Positions 17,644 through 24,933 of a stretch of 25,021 nucleotides of DNA are shown here, one piece after another. Each line of letters opens with the position of its first letter. Positions within the stretch are counted from its first letter, which is position 1. This stretch comes from a virus (taxonomy: Duplodnaviria; Caudoviricetes), in the IMG/VR virus record IMGVR_UViG_3300006118_000046, positions 1 to 25,021 of that record; one strand, 5' to 3'. A program made the position numbers and the translations under genes. Under the pieces are notes generated by a model. It was given only the letters and a program-made list of their open reading frames with translations. It had not been told where the DNA came from and made no database searches.

Positions 17644-17817
17644 TCACTTACCGTTCGGAATGTGAGTGACCGGGAAAGCGTTCTTGATGTCCTTCGGCTG
17701 CTGCGACATGCGGTTGCCGATCTCGACCACGCCCAGGTTCACGCGGACGATGGATTCATCCGGCTCGAGCGAAGGGGTCGGGGGATTGAAAGCAGGCGAG
17801 GTGGGGAGCGTGGCCAT
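17644..17817 (-). CDS. Small head-module protein, 57 aa (MATLPTSPAF...)
   Basis: Start reassigned to ATG 17817, preceded by TAAGGA fused to the upstream stop. Confidence 0.7.
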   Translation of the reverse strand: MATLPTSPAFNPPTPSLEPDESIVRVNLGVVEIGNRMSQQPKDIKNAFPVTHIPNGK

Positions 17818-17827
17818 GGTCGGTTCC

Positions 17828-18226
17828 TTACATTCCTGGCATTTGGGGCGGAGCGCCGGGAGCACCACCGGGGGCTCCACCAGGAGCTCCACCGGGAGGG
17901 GGTTGACCCTGTCCAGGCTGTTGTAGCTGTTGCATCTGCTGCATCTGTTTGGCGCGTTCCATCAGACCCAGCAGAGCGGTCTGTTGGACACCCTGTCCCT
18001 CTTGGCCGGCGGGCGCGATCTTCGCGCCATCCTGGATCATCTTCAGCACGGCCTTGTGCTGTTCAGATCCCACCGCAAGTGTGGGCAGAGCCATTTCCAG
18101 AAGGTGGATTGCCTCCCTTACCTTCGTCATGGCGTCAGCCGCCGCACCGGGGTTGCCAGTGCGGGGTCCGGCAGCACCGGCAGAGCCGATGGTCGGAGGC
18201 GTCATTGGTAGGGGAGGCAATGCCAT
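17828..18226 (-). CDS. Pro/Gly/Gln-rich head-module protein with a central helical hairpin
   Basis: 132 aa, AGGA SD; C-terminal QMQQMQQLQQ and GGAP x3 repeats. Confidence 0.75.
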   Translation of the reverse strand: MALPPLPMTPPTIGSAGAAGPRTGNPGAAADAMTKVREAIHLLEMALPTLAVGSEQHKAVLKMIQDGAKIAPAGQEGQGVQQTALLGLMERAKQMQQMQQLQQPGQGQPPPGGAPGGAPGGAPGAPPQMPGM

Positions 18227-18250
18227 TAGAGCTTCCTAGGTTTGTGAGAA

Positions 18251-18277
18251 TCCGGTGCAGCCTAACGCTGCACGGGA
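18251..18277 (-). promoter_or_regulatory. Stem-loop immediately after the micropeptide stop codon
   Basis: UCC-C-GUGCAGC-GUUAG-GCUGCAC-C-GGA: 7-bp perfect core plus 3 outer pairs; no strong U-tract. Confidence 0.55.
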
Positions 18278-18310
18278 TTACTTCCGGCGGTGCTTACGAC
18301 CCTTGCGCAT
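18278..18310 (-). CDS. 10-aa basic micropeptide MRKGRKHRRK
   Basis: ATG CGC AAG GGT CGT AAG CAC CGC CGG AAG TAA; TAAGGAG (18325-18319) 8 nt upstream; lies in an otherwise empty intergenic gap. Confidence 0.7.
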   Translation of the reverse strand: MRKGRKHRRK

Positions 18311-18416
18311 TGGGCGGTCTCCTTATTAGAAACACCGGGGGGAGGAGTTCGCATTACTACGACCCCCGGCCAATCGGCAGTCACCGCGAGGTAAACCCCT
18401 AAGCCTGCGTGCCGAC

Positions 18417-18445
18417 AAGATACCATTACCCAATAGATGGCGCAA
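18417..18445 (-). promoter_or_regulatory. Sigma70-type promoter for the head gene block
   Basis: TTGCGC - 17 nt - TATCTT with extended -10 TG (TGGTATCTT), in an AT-rich gap after the portal stop. Confidence 0.6.
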
Positions 18446-18480
18446 CAAGATCAAAATATAGCTTCAGTATTCGGCGGTAC

Positions 18481-18497
18481 AGTCTTTTCAAAAGACT
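18481..18497. promoter_or_regulatory. Perfect 17-bp palindrome, candidate operator
   Basis: AGTCTTTT-C-AAAAGACT abutting the portal stop codon, 35 nt upstream of the -35 box. Confidence 0.45.
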
Positions 18498-20186
18498 TTA
18501 TTTCTTGCCTTTTCCGTGAGGTACGGCCAGTTCCGGGTGCTGTTGCATGAACTGGGCCTTGGCCTCTTCGCGCTGACGGTAGGACAGGATGAGCTCGTCC
18601 TGATAGGGCGGGTGGGTCATCTTGATCAGCGCTTCGCCGTCGATCGCGCCTCGGCCTGCCAGAGCAAATGCCAGCTGGGCATTGTCGCCAGAGAAGGCAG
18701 GCGAGGACGTATGGCTGTCCACCGAGACCTGTGCATCGTCGGGCAGCTGGCTCAGCATGAACTCGTTCACGCTTGAGAACATGCCGGCGAGCCCGCCCTT
18801 CTTGGGCAGCGAGAACACGCGCGCGTCCTTGATTTGGGACATGCGCAGGCAGAGATCTCCCAGCGCTGCGCACTGATCCTCAACGATCAGGGCCCGGTCC
18901 CTCAGGCGAGGGCTGGAGGTCTTCAGCATGGCGTTGGCCTGCGCGCCCGACCTGACGCCTGCGTCTCCCTGGCCAGAGGTGGTCGAGGTGAACCCGCCGG
19001 CGTCCTCAAACGTCTTGCGGATCATCTGGATGTATTCCAGCGCGTTGGGCGGCATCTGGGGAGCCAGGGTCTCGATCTTGGCGTTGGGGGCTTGGGCGTC
19101 CGTCAGGATCCCGCCGGGAGATCCCAGGATGCGGGCCTTCTCGTCGGTGATCGCGGAGAAGCCGGTGAAGGATCTGGCCGGGTTGGCTTGGCGGCGGAAA
19201 ATCCGGTCCAGATCCTCGAGGCGCTCGTTCAACCACAGCTGCGGGTTCTGGACCGTGGCCAGTTCGGACCGGCCCCAGAAATAGCCTGCGACCTCGTTGG
19301 GGCACACCTTGATGAACGGGTTGTGGCCTGGGATGTCGCACAAATTCTGATAGCGGTACTCACCATCAATTACGACATCGCCCACCATTCGGATGCACGT
19401 CCAGTCGCCCTGACCATCGCGTGCGTCGTCGTTCATGATCCAGCATTCATCAATGCGGATCAGCTGGCTGGCCACTTCTGGCGAGAGCATTGGGGTTGGC
19501 ACGCTCTGGTACGAGACCGATCCCCGCTGATTGTTTGAGCCCGTCGTGCTGATGGGCTGGGTTCCGCCCACGACGATCTCGTGGAAGTAGTCCTGCTCGA
19601 AGTTCTCGCGGGTCATGGTCGCGTTGCGATCGATGACCTCCGCGCTGATTTCCTTAGCCTTGGGATGCCCCAGCATCATCCGTTCGAACTGGGCAGGCGT
19701 CATGTAGTAGCTGAAATTGAACGCGTCCTGCTCGTCCAGATCCTCGATGTCCTCGCGCAGCACGCCGAACATTTCAGGCTTGATGATCTGCGTCTGGTAG
19801 CCCTTGGCGCTCCACAGAAGCTTGATGATCGCGCAGCCCTTGATCAGGGACATGTCCACAGCTTGGGCGAAGGCCAGACCGCACCGGGTTCTGCGGAATT
19901 CACGCGTGAGGTGACGAGCTGAAAGATCGGCGGCGCCCATCCACTTCTGCGTCTCGTCGGATTCGAACGTGACATCGAAACGCACGTCGGAGGGGCTGAA
20001 CAGATACGAGCTCAGCTTGTCAATGTGGCTGTAGCACAGGTTGTCCTTGGCCGATCCGGACAAGGAGCCGTTGTAATACAGGCTCGTCATTTGACGGCCT
20101 TGGGTGCGGCGGGCCTCCCGGCTCACCATGCACTCGTCAATGATCTCGCGGGTCCAGGGTCCGATGTGCCGTGAGGGGAGCTTCAT
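18498..20186 (-). CDS. Portal protein (P22/podovirus-like)
   Basis: 562 aa after TerL; NLCYSHIDKL, GCAIIK, NPFI...GYFWGRSELATVQNPQ, SGQGDAGVRSG motifs characteristic of this portal class. Confidence 0.9.
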   Translation of the reverse strand: MKLPSRHIGPWTREIIDECMVSREARRTQGRQMTSLYYNGSLSGSAKDNLCYSHIDKLSSYLFSPSDVRFDVTFESDETQKWMGAADLSARHLTREFRRTRCGLAFAQAVDMSLIKGCAIIKLLWSAKGYQTQIIKPEMFGVLREDIEDLDEQDAFNFSYYMTPAQFERMMLGHPKAKEISAEVIDRNATMTRENFEQDYFHEIVVGGTQPISTTGSNNQRGSVSYQSVPTPMLSPEVASQLIRIDECWIMNDDARDGQGDWTCIRMVGDVVIDGEYRYQNLCDIPGHNPFIKVCPNEVAGYFWGRSELATVQNPQLWLNERLEDLDRIFRRQANPARSFTGFSAITDEKARILGSPGGILTDAQAPNAKIETLAPQMPPNALEYIQMIRKTFEDAGGFTSTTSGQGDAGVRSGAQANAMLKTSSPRLRDRALIVEDQCAALGDLCLRMSQIKDARVFSLPKKGGLAGMFSSVNEFMLSQLPDDAQVSVDSHTSSPAFSGDNAQLAFALAGRGAIDGEALIKMTHPPYQDELILSYRQREEAKAQFMQQHPELAVPHGKGKK

Positions 20187-20731
20187 GTCTTTCCAGAGTC
20201 CTTAGCAACAACGGTCAGATTGTTTATACCCGATCTTGCCATCGTTTTCGACTTGTGAAGCAGGCCGATCGGATCCACGCCTTGGGATTTGGCTTCCGCA
20301 GCTGCTGGAGCAGCGCCCTGGATCTGCGCCATGGGATTGGCAGCTGGCATGTTGCCGGCCTCAGCGGCGCCAAAGAAACTCTTCACGTAGCCCTGCAAGT
20401 GAGGCGCGACCTCGGGCGGAGCATTGGTCATGGCCATGTACTCGCGCGTGATGGCCTCCGATTCCGCGGTCTGGATCGGGGAAGGGGCCTTGGCCACAAT
20501 GTCCCCCGGTCGGTTGTTGTCGTTCATGTCCGTAAGACCAAACGTCTCCTCCGCGACCTTCTGCGCAATGTCGATGGCTTTGGCCTTCACCCCAATGATG
20601 TTCGGGGCCTGAGGGGCCCAGCCACCTTTGGTTCCGCAGTGCGGACAATCAGGATAAGGGCCCTCGCTTTCGCGCCAGCCCTTGAACTCAACGTCGCAGT
20701 CATCGCATGCGTAGGTTCCGTAGATGGCCAT
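20183..20731 (-). CDS. FmdB-type zinc-ribbon protein
   Basis: Start reassigned to ATG 20731, just after the TerL stop; MAIYGTYACDDCDVEF...DCPHCG is a CxxC..CPxCG ribbon. Confidence 0.75.
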   Translation of the reverse strand: MAIYGTYACDDCDVEFKGWRESEGPYPDCPHCGTKGGWAPQAPNIIGVKAKAIDIAQKVAEETFGLTDMNDNNRPGDIVAKAPSPIQTAESEAITREYMAMTNAPPEVAPHLQGYVKSFFGAAEAGNMPAANPMAQIQGAAPAAAEAKSQGVDPIGLLHKSKTMARSGINNLTVVAKDSGKT

Positions 20732-20733
20732 GA

Positions 20734-22581
20734 TCAATCGTCCAATGAATTCAGGTAGGCTTGCTGCCTTGCCTGGGCTTGAGACTTGAAGAAGTCCGGG
20801 ATGATGTGGCCAAGGACATGGTCCTGGTCGGTGCTTTCGATACGGGCCTGCTCCGCGGTCTCGCGCTGGTAGGTGCGGTTCTCGGCCATCATGCCGACCC
20901 GCCTCCACATGTCCCAGGCGTAGATCGCAAGCCCTGCCGCAAAGACGCGGTCGTCCTTGTTGCGGCCCGAGGCTGCGATCCGGTCACCGTCCTGCACCAG
21001 GGTCAGCATTTCCTCGAGGAGCCCCAGCGATCGGACCACGCATTGTTCGGTCGAGTAGTAGTCTCGGAACTTGTTGAACAGCAGCAGCTTGTTGTTGTAG
21101 GTGGTGGACCAGTTGTAAGCATAACCTGATCCCATTGAGTCAGGCCGGTGCCACAGGAACCACTTGGCTCCGTCCAGGCAGTCCTCGACCCGCAATCTCC
21201 TCGCCGGCTCCTTCAGGTGCCCCCAGCTGAGCAGCTGCTTCAGCGAGGTGAGCTCCTGCATGACTTGTGAGCCTGGGCCCGAGATTTCCAGGTTGATGAT
21301 GCAGTCGCGATACTCGGAGGCGAGATGGGCCATGACCCACGCCACTTGGCGGGTGTCGGGGATTGCGGTCGCATATTCGGCTACCTGTATGACCTTGTCG
21401 GAGAAGCATCTCCACACACTGATGACAGACCGATCGGCCTCGGAGTTGCGTCCGTAGGCCGGGTCTACCCCAATAACATACACCCCATTCTTCTTCGGGG
21501 GCTCCCAGACCTTCAGGTCCAGATTGTCCGGATCCACAGCGGGTTCCATGGCCATGGTCAGGAAGTTGTCAGTCAGGCGATAGTTGAACCCGTTGAACCC
21601 CGGCTTGTGGTTGTGGATGAAGTTCAGGTCGGCGTTCAGCTTGTCGTTGTTGAAAAATGAGTAGCCGGAGGCCACGAACGCTTCGTCCTCGGTCGAGGGG
21701 AATTCTTCCTGCAAGCTCTCACGAGAGCGCTTGTCGGCTTTGTCGCGATACCACGCCCACTGCTCCGGGGTGATCTTCCAGCCATAGAGCTCCTCGACCA
21801 TCTGAGAGGTTGCGGCCTCTGCCTCGGTCTCCTGAGGATACGGATCCCACCATCTTGCAAACTCAGGCGAGCCTTCCTTGTAGCGGTAGATGTCCTTGGC
21901 CCACCAGCCGATGAACACCGCCTTCTGCGTGGGCTGGCTTTCCTTCGCCTCGTTCCACATGTCGAAGAACACGTTGTAGCCCAGGGCCGTGCTCTCGAAG
22001 ATGTAGAGCCGGTTGGGGTTCTCAGCCGCCAGTGCGGCCATGAGACTGTCGATGCCCTTTTGGTCACCCCAGGAGCTGATCTCGGTGGCATGAACAAAGT
22101 TCAAGGCTCGGGATCTACCCAGGCCAGAGTTCCGGCCTTTACCGGCGCTCATGTACTGGAGGACCGATCCGTTCGCGAGACGAAGCTCATTGCGGTTGTG
22201 AGCCACGATCGGGATCCGCCACCCCTTGGGCAGGGTCTCAATGATGTCGGCCATTTGCTTGCGGAAGTTCTCGCGGTTGTCCGCAGTGTCCGCGATCATG
22301 GCGCCCTGAAGCCCTGGGTTCATGTAGAGCCAGAAGAGATCGAGCACGAGCATGACGGTACTCATGCCCAGCTGGCGGGCCTTCAGGATCACGAAGTGCC
22401 GGGTGCCTCCGCGCACGCCTTGGGCCAGCTCGTTCAGGAATATTTCCTGCGCGCGGTAGAGCGTGATCGGGCCCGGTTCCTTCATTTCCTTGGACGAGAT
22501 CTTGACCTTGGACAGGAAGATCCGGAAGGCTGGGAGCCAGCTGGGGGTGGTGTCGATCGTTACGTCGGAAGGTACAGACAT
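20734..22581 (-). CDS. terL: Terminase large subunit
   Basis: Walker A ILKARQLGMST, Walker B variant FVHATE, coupling motif FESTA, RNase H-like IGVDPAYG and KDDRVFA; GGAGG SD. Confidence 0.95.
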   Translation of the reverse strand: MSVPSDVTIDTTPSWLPAFRIFLSKVKISSKEMKEPGPITLYRAQEIFLNELAQGVRGGTRHFVILKARQLGMSTVMLVLDLFWLYMNPGLQGAMIADTADNRENFRKQMADIIETLPKGWRIPIVAHNRNELRLANGSVLQYMSAGKGRNSGLGRSRALNFVHATEISSWGDQKGIDSLMAALAAENPNRLYIFESTALGYNVFFDMWNEAKESQPTQKAVFIGWWAKDIYRYKEGSPEFARWWDPYPQETEAEAATSQMVEELYGWKITPEQWAWYRDKADKRSRESLQEEFPSTEDEAFVASGYSFFNNDKLNADLNFIHNHKPGFNGFNYRLTDNFLTMAMEPAVDPDNLDLKVWEPPKKNGVYVIGVDPAYGRNSEADRSVISVWRCFSDKVIQVAEYATAIPDTRQVAWVMAHLASEYRDCIINLEISGPGSQVMQELTSLKQLLSWGHLKEPARRLRVEDCLDGAKWFLWHRPDSMGSGYAYNWSTTYNNKLLLFNKFRDYYSTEQCVVRSLGLLEEMLTLVQDGDRIAASGRNKDDRVFAAGLAIYAWDMWRRVGMMAENRTYQRETAEQARIESTDQDHVLGHIIPDFFKSQAQARQQAYLNSLDD

Positions 22582-22805
22582 CCCGCGATCCTCCCATGCA
22601 TCTGCAGCTGTTCCATGATGGTCTGGACACTGATCCCGTAGGATTCAAACTCCGTCCCGTTGTCCAGCAGGATGGTCAGCGGGTGTTCGGGGGGCGCAAT
22701 GGATGCCCGGTCATGACCGTCGCCGGTAAAGATCGCGCGTATGGATCCAATGTCCACAAAGGCCCTGCGGCCTCCCTTCAGGTAGAGTTCAATGTAGGCT
22801 TTCAT
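22560..22805 (-). CDS. Small FlbD/SwrD-like beta protein, 81 aa
   Basis: ATGA-coupled start; YIELYLKGGRRAFVDIGSIRAI...LTILLDNG...SVQTIMEQL pattern. Confidence 0.6.
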   Translation of the reverse strand: MKAYIELYLKGGRRAFVDIGSIRAIFTGDGHDRASIAPPEHPLTILLDNGTEFESYGISVQTIMEQLQMHGRIAGCLYLPT

Positions 22806-22993
22806 TGCATCCATCCCCACACGTACCAATCATCTTCAAGCGCATCTTCCGCCGTCACGTTGGCGGTGAAGACATGGTAGTCCTCAGTCCCTGGGTTCTG
22901 GGTCAGGTAGGCAATACGTTCGGGATCTTTCCACCCGTGCCGGCGGACCACCTGACCCTTCCAGAGGGCGTCGAGGGCCTGCTCAAACGTCAT
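22802..22993 (-). CDS. DUF2829 / Tad2 (Thoeris anti-defence 2)-like protein, 63 aa
   Basis: Start reassigned to ATG 22993; MTFEQALDALWKGQVVRRHGW and TAEDALEDDWYV match both conserved ends of DUF2829. Confidence 0.7.
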   Translation of the reverse strand: MTFEQALDALWKGQVVRRHGWKDPERIAYLTQNPGTEDYHVFTANVTAEDALEDDWYVWGWMQ

Positions 22994-23255
22994 CAGCCTC
23001 TCTGACAGGGGCTGGGCACAGGTAGAGGGGCCGCTGAAGGGCAGTCTGCAGTCGATCCCAGAATTGAGCCATCGTCTCGCCCTCTGCCACGACATTGGCG
23101 CCACCCTCCATGATGATGCGGACCACAGACTTCTTCTCACCCCGGACCTTGCTCTCGGTCATCAGATCCTCGCGGACCTCGGTGATCTTCTCCACCCTCA
23201 GCCGGGTCTTGCGACCGTTCAGGATGTTGACCTCGATAAACCAGACGGCGCTCAT
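22983..23255 (-). CDS. Small FlbD/SwrD-like beta protein, 90 aa; apparent paralogue of 22560..22805
   Basis: ATGA-coupled start; FIEVNILNGRKTRLRVEKITEV...VRIIMEGG...ETMAQFWDRL. Confidence 0.6.
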   Translation of the reverse strand: MSAVWFIEVNILNGRKTRLRVEKITEVREDLMTESKVRGEKKSVVRIIMEGGANVVAEGETMAQFWDRLQTALQRPLYLCPAPVREADDV

Positions 23256-23932
23256 GCTTCACCTCGCAGGGCACGCTGCAGCTCGTTGTCGTCAGTGTAG
23301 CCCTCGTCCTTGTCGTCCGCGAGTTCTTGGGCGGCGATCGCCTGGGCGGTCATTTCCTCGAGGGCTTTCTTCTCCGCGGCTTCCGTCCGGGTGGGCCGGC
23401 CATTCTTCTTGGGAGGCGCGCGCAACACGCGTTCGGCCTCGAGGGTCTTCAGCGTTTCCTCGCGAATGGCCTTGCGCAGTTCAGTGATGGAAGGGGCATC
23501 GTCCTGCTCTTGGGCTGGGGCAATCTTCCGACGCCTTTGCACCCAATCGCGGACAAACTCAGCTGCCTTCATCTTCTCGTTGAAGGAGTACTTCATCACT
23601 TCCCGCTGGGTCTCGCCAATCCCCACTTTCAGGGTGCCGTGGTCCTGCATGATGTCCGCGAAATGTAGAACCGCGATGTCCATCCGATTTAACAACAACT
23701 CTTCCAAGGAAGACCCTGGTGGAATGTCGAGCGGTGCCATTGACCCGACGCTTGATGTTGACAACGCCGGCGTTCCAGCAGGGAGACTTGGCGGGGAGAT
23801 CTCGCTCATCGATGGTTCCTTTGGATCTGATGACCCTGGTGCCGGTGCGGTCGGCACCAAGGGGCTTTCTGCCGACGTTGCCGCCCCCGTGGCTTTTCCG
23901 AAAAATGACTTCCAGGTTCTCTCGTCTGACAT
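23252..23932 (-). CDS. Probable terminase small subunit (start 23932 or 23809)
   Basis: Position upstream of TerL; helical, charged core with EKMKAAEFV and basic KKNGRPTR; no diagnostic motif. ATG 23809 has an AAGGA SD and ATG 23932 has GGGGA. Confidence 0.45.
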   Translation of the reverse strand: MSDERTWKSFFGKATGAATSAESPLVPTAPAPGSSDPKEPSMSEISPPSLPAGTPALSTSSVGSMAPLDIPPGSSLEELLLNRMDIAVLHFADIMQDHGTLKVGIGETQREVMKYSFNEKMKAAEFVRDWVQRRRKIAPAQEQDDAPSITELRKAIREETLKTLEAERVLRAPPKKNGRPTRTEAAEKKALEEMTAQAIAAQELADDKDEGYTDDNELQRALRGEA

Positions 23933-24182
23933 CTGTGTAGTCCCCGTTCTTGGCCCAGACCTTCATGCGATGGGCGCGGTAGGCAATGCGTGGATACATG
24001 CGGACAGCGATCTCCCGGTGCAAGAAGACCCGAAAGACCCTACCCCCCGCGTACTCGTCACGGGCCACGCGGATTGATCGATCGGTCCTGAACCAAACGA
24101 ACCACTTGAACCCAAGCGCGTAGTCGTAGTCCTCGTCATCTAGGAAGACCGCCTGCCCGCATTTCAGGATCAAATCCGGCAC
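23559..24182 (-). CDS. HNH endonuclease-like protein (HNH/AP2-type N-terminus), active site degenerate
   Basis: GTG start with GAGG SD; LILKCGQAVFLDDEDYDYALGFKW, FLHREI, and KNGDYTDVRRENL (canonical DHINGxxLDNRRENL). Confidence 0.7.
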   Translation of the reverse strand: MPDLILKCGQAVFLDDEDYDYALGFKWFVWFRTDRSIRVARDEYAGGRVFRVFLHREIAVRMYPRIAYRAHRMKVWAKNGDYTDVRRENLEVIFRKSHGGGNVGRKPLGADRTGTRVIRSKGTIDERDLPAKSPCWNAGVVNIKRRVNGTARHSTRVFLGRVVVKSDGHRGSTFRGHHAGPRHPESGDWRDPAGSDEVLLQREDEGS

Positions 24183-24332
24183 GAAACCGCCTCGAAAAAC
24201 GATCAAAAAAACCCGTTACAGTCCCTTAGTCTTGTTCTATGGATAACGCAAGATCGATAGACGCAGCCTATGCACAAGGTTTTGCGTTGTTTTTTCCCTT
24301 ATCAAACAAGGGCTGGCACATCCGCACCCCAC

Positions 24333-24365
24333 AAAGAAAAACCCCCAGGGGTGAGCCTGGGGGTT
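24333..24365 (-). terminator. Rho-independent terminator
   Basis: AACCCCCAGG-CUCACC-CCUGGGGGUU followed by UUUCUUU on the minus strand. Confidence 0.85.
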
Positions 24366-24401
24366 CGATCGGACCAATAGCCTGGGCCAATGGGTGTGTG
24401 T

Positions 24402-24779
24402 CTACTGTCCGAAGAAGTAGTACAAGGTGCCCGACGTGTAGGCCGACACGATCACGCGGTAGAGCGCGCCCGACTGGGTCTCGGTCAGCTGCACCGAAAG
24501 ACCAAAGGACGTGCCGGAGAACGCGGTGGAGTTCTGCGCGGTAGCTGCGGGGAAAATTACCGCGCCCCAGCTGGTGCCGTTGTCCACAGAGCGCTGCACA
24601 ATGATGGTGCCAACGAACGAACCACGGAAGGTGTCGATGTTGATGTTGAACGGGATCGGGTTGGACGTGACAGCAGGCGTACCACCCGGCGCAACGGCAG
24701 GAGCAAAGCTGGACGAGATGCCGGTGGCGGCAGTCGTATAGGCGGTCGTCAGATTACCAGTAACGGGCGCAGTGGCCAT
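24402..24779 (-). CDS. Small all-beta protein with a single Asp-box, probably virion-associated
   Basis: Start reassigned to ATG 24779 (GGAGG SD); GSFVGTIIVQRSVDNGTSW contains SxDxGxxW. Confidence 0.7.
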   Translation of the reverse strand: MATAPVTGNLTTAYTTAATGISSSFAPAVAPGGTPAVTSNPIPFNINIDTFRGSFVGTIIVQRSVDNGTSWGAVIFPAATAQNSTAFSGTSFGLSVQLTETQSGALYRVIVSAYTSGTLYYFFGQ

Positions 24780-24840
24780 GATTGCCTCCAAGGGCTATGA
24801 GGTTTGAAAGAGAACCCTTGGGGGCAAAGGGCCAACAAAA

Positions 24841-24933
24841 TCAGCCGCGACGGCGATGACGAGAAGACGTGGAAGCTTTGCCACCGCGTTGACCAACAGA
24901 ACGCCCAGCAGGCGAAGAAGCCTTACCAGCCAT
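24841..24933 (-). CDS. 30-aa basic micropeptide MAGKASSPAGRSVGQRGGKASTSSRHRRRG
   Basis: TAAGGAG (24947-24941) 7 nt upstream of ATG; TGA at 24843-24841; 8 Lys/Arg and no acidic residue. Confidence 0.75.
   Translation of the reverse strand: MAGKASSPAGRSVGQRGGKASTSSRHRRRG

Noticed and set aside
17637-17651. TTAA-N7-TTAC resembling a CtrA box
   Set aside because: Single imperfect match overlapping a gene end, no adjacent promoter, host unknown.
20732-20908. Long N-terminal extension of the Zn-ribbon ORF in the ORF track (similar extensions at 23140, 22829, 17892, 4194, 24791)
   Set aside because: Most overlap upstream genes; downstream ATGs with SD or stop-start coupling fit the protein motifs better.
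22075-22110. Non-canonical TerL Walker B (HATE) as a sign of inactivation
   Set aside because: H-x-S/T-E variants are common in LKARQ-type terminases, and the catalytic Glu and other motifs are intact.
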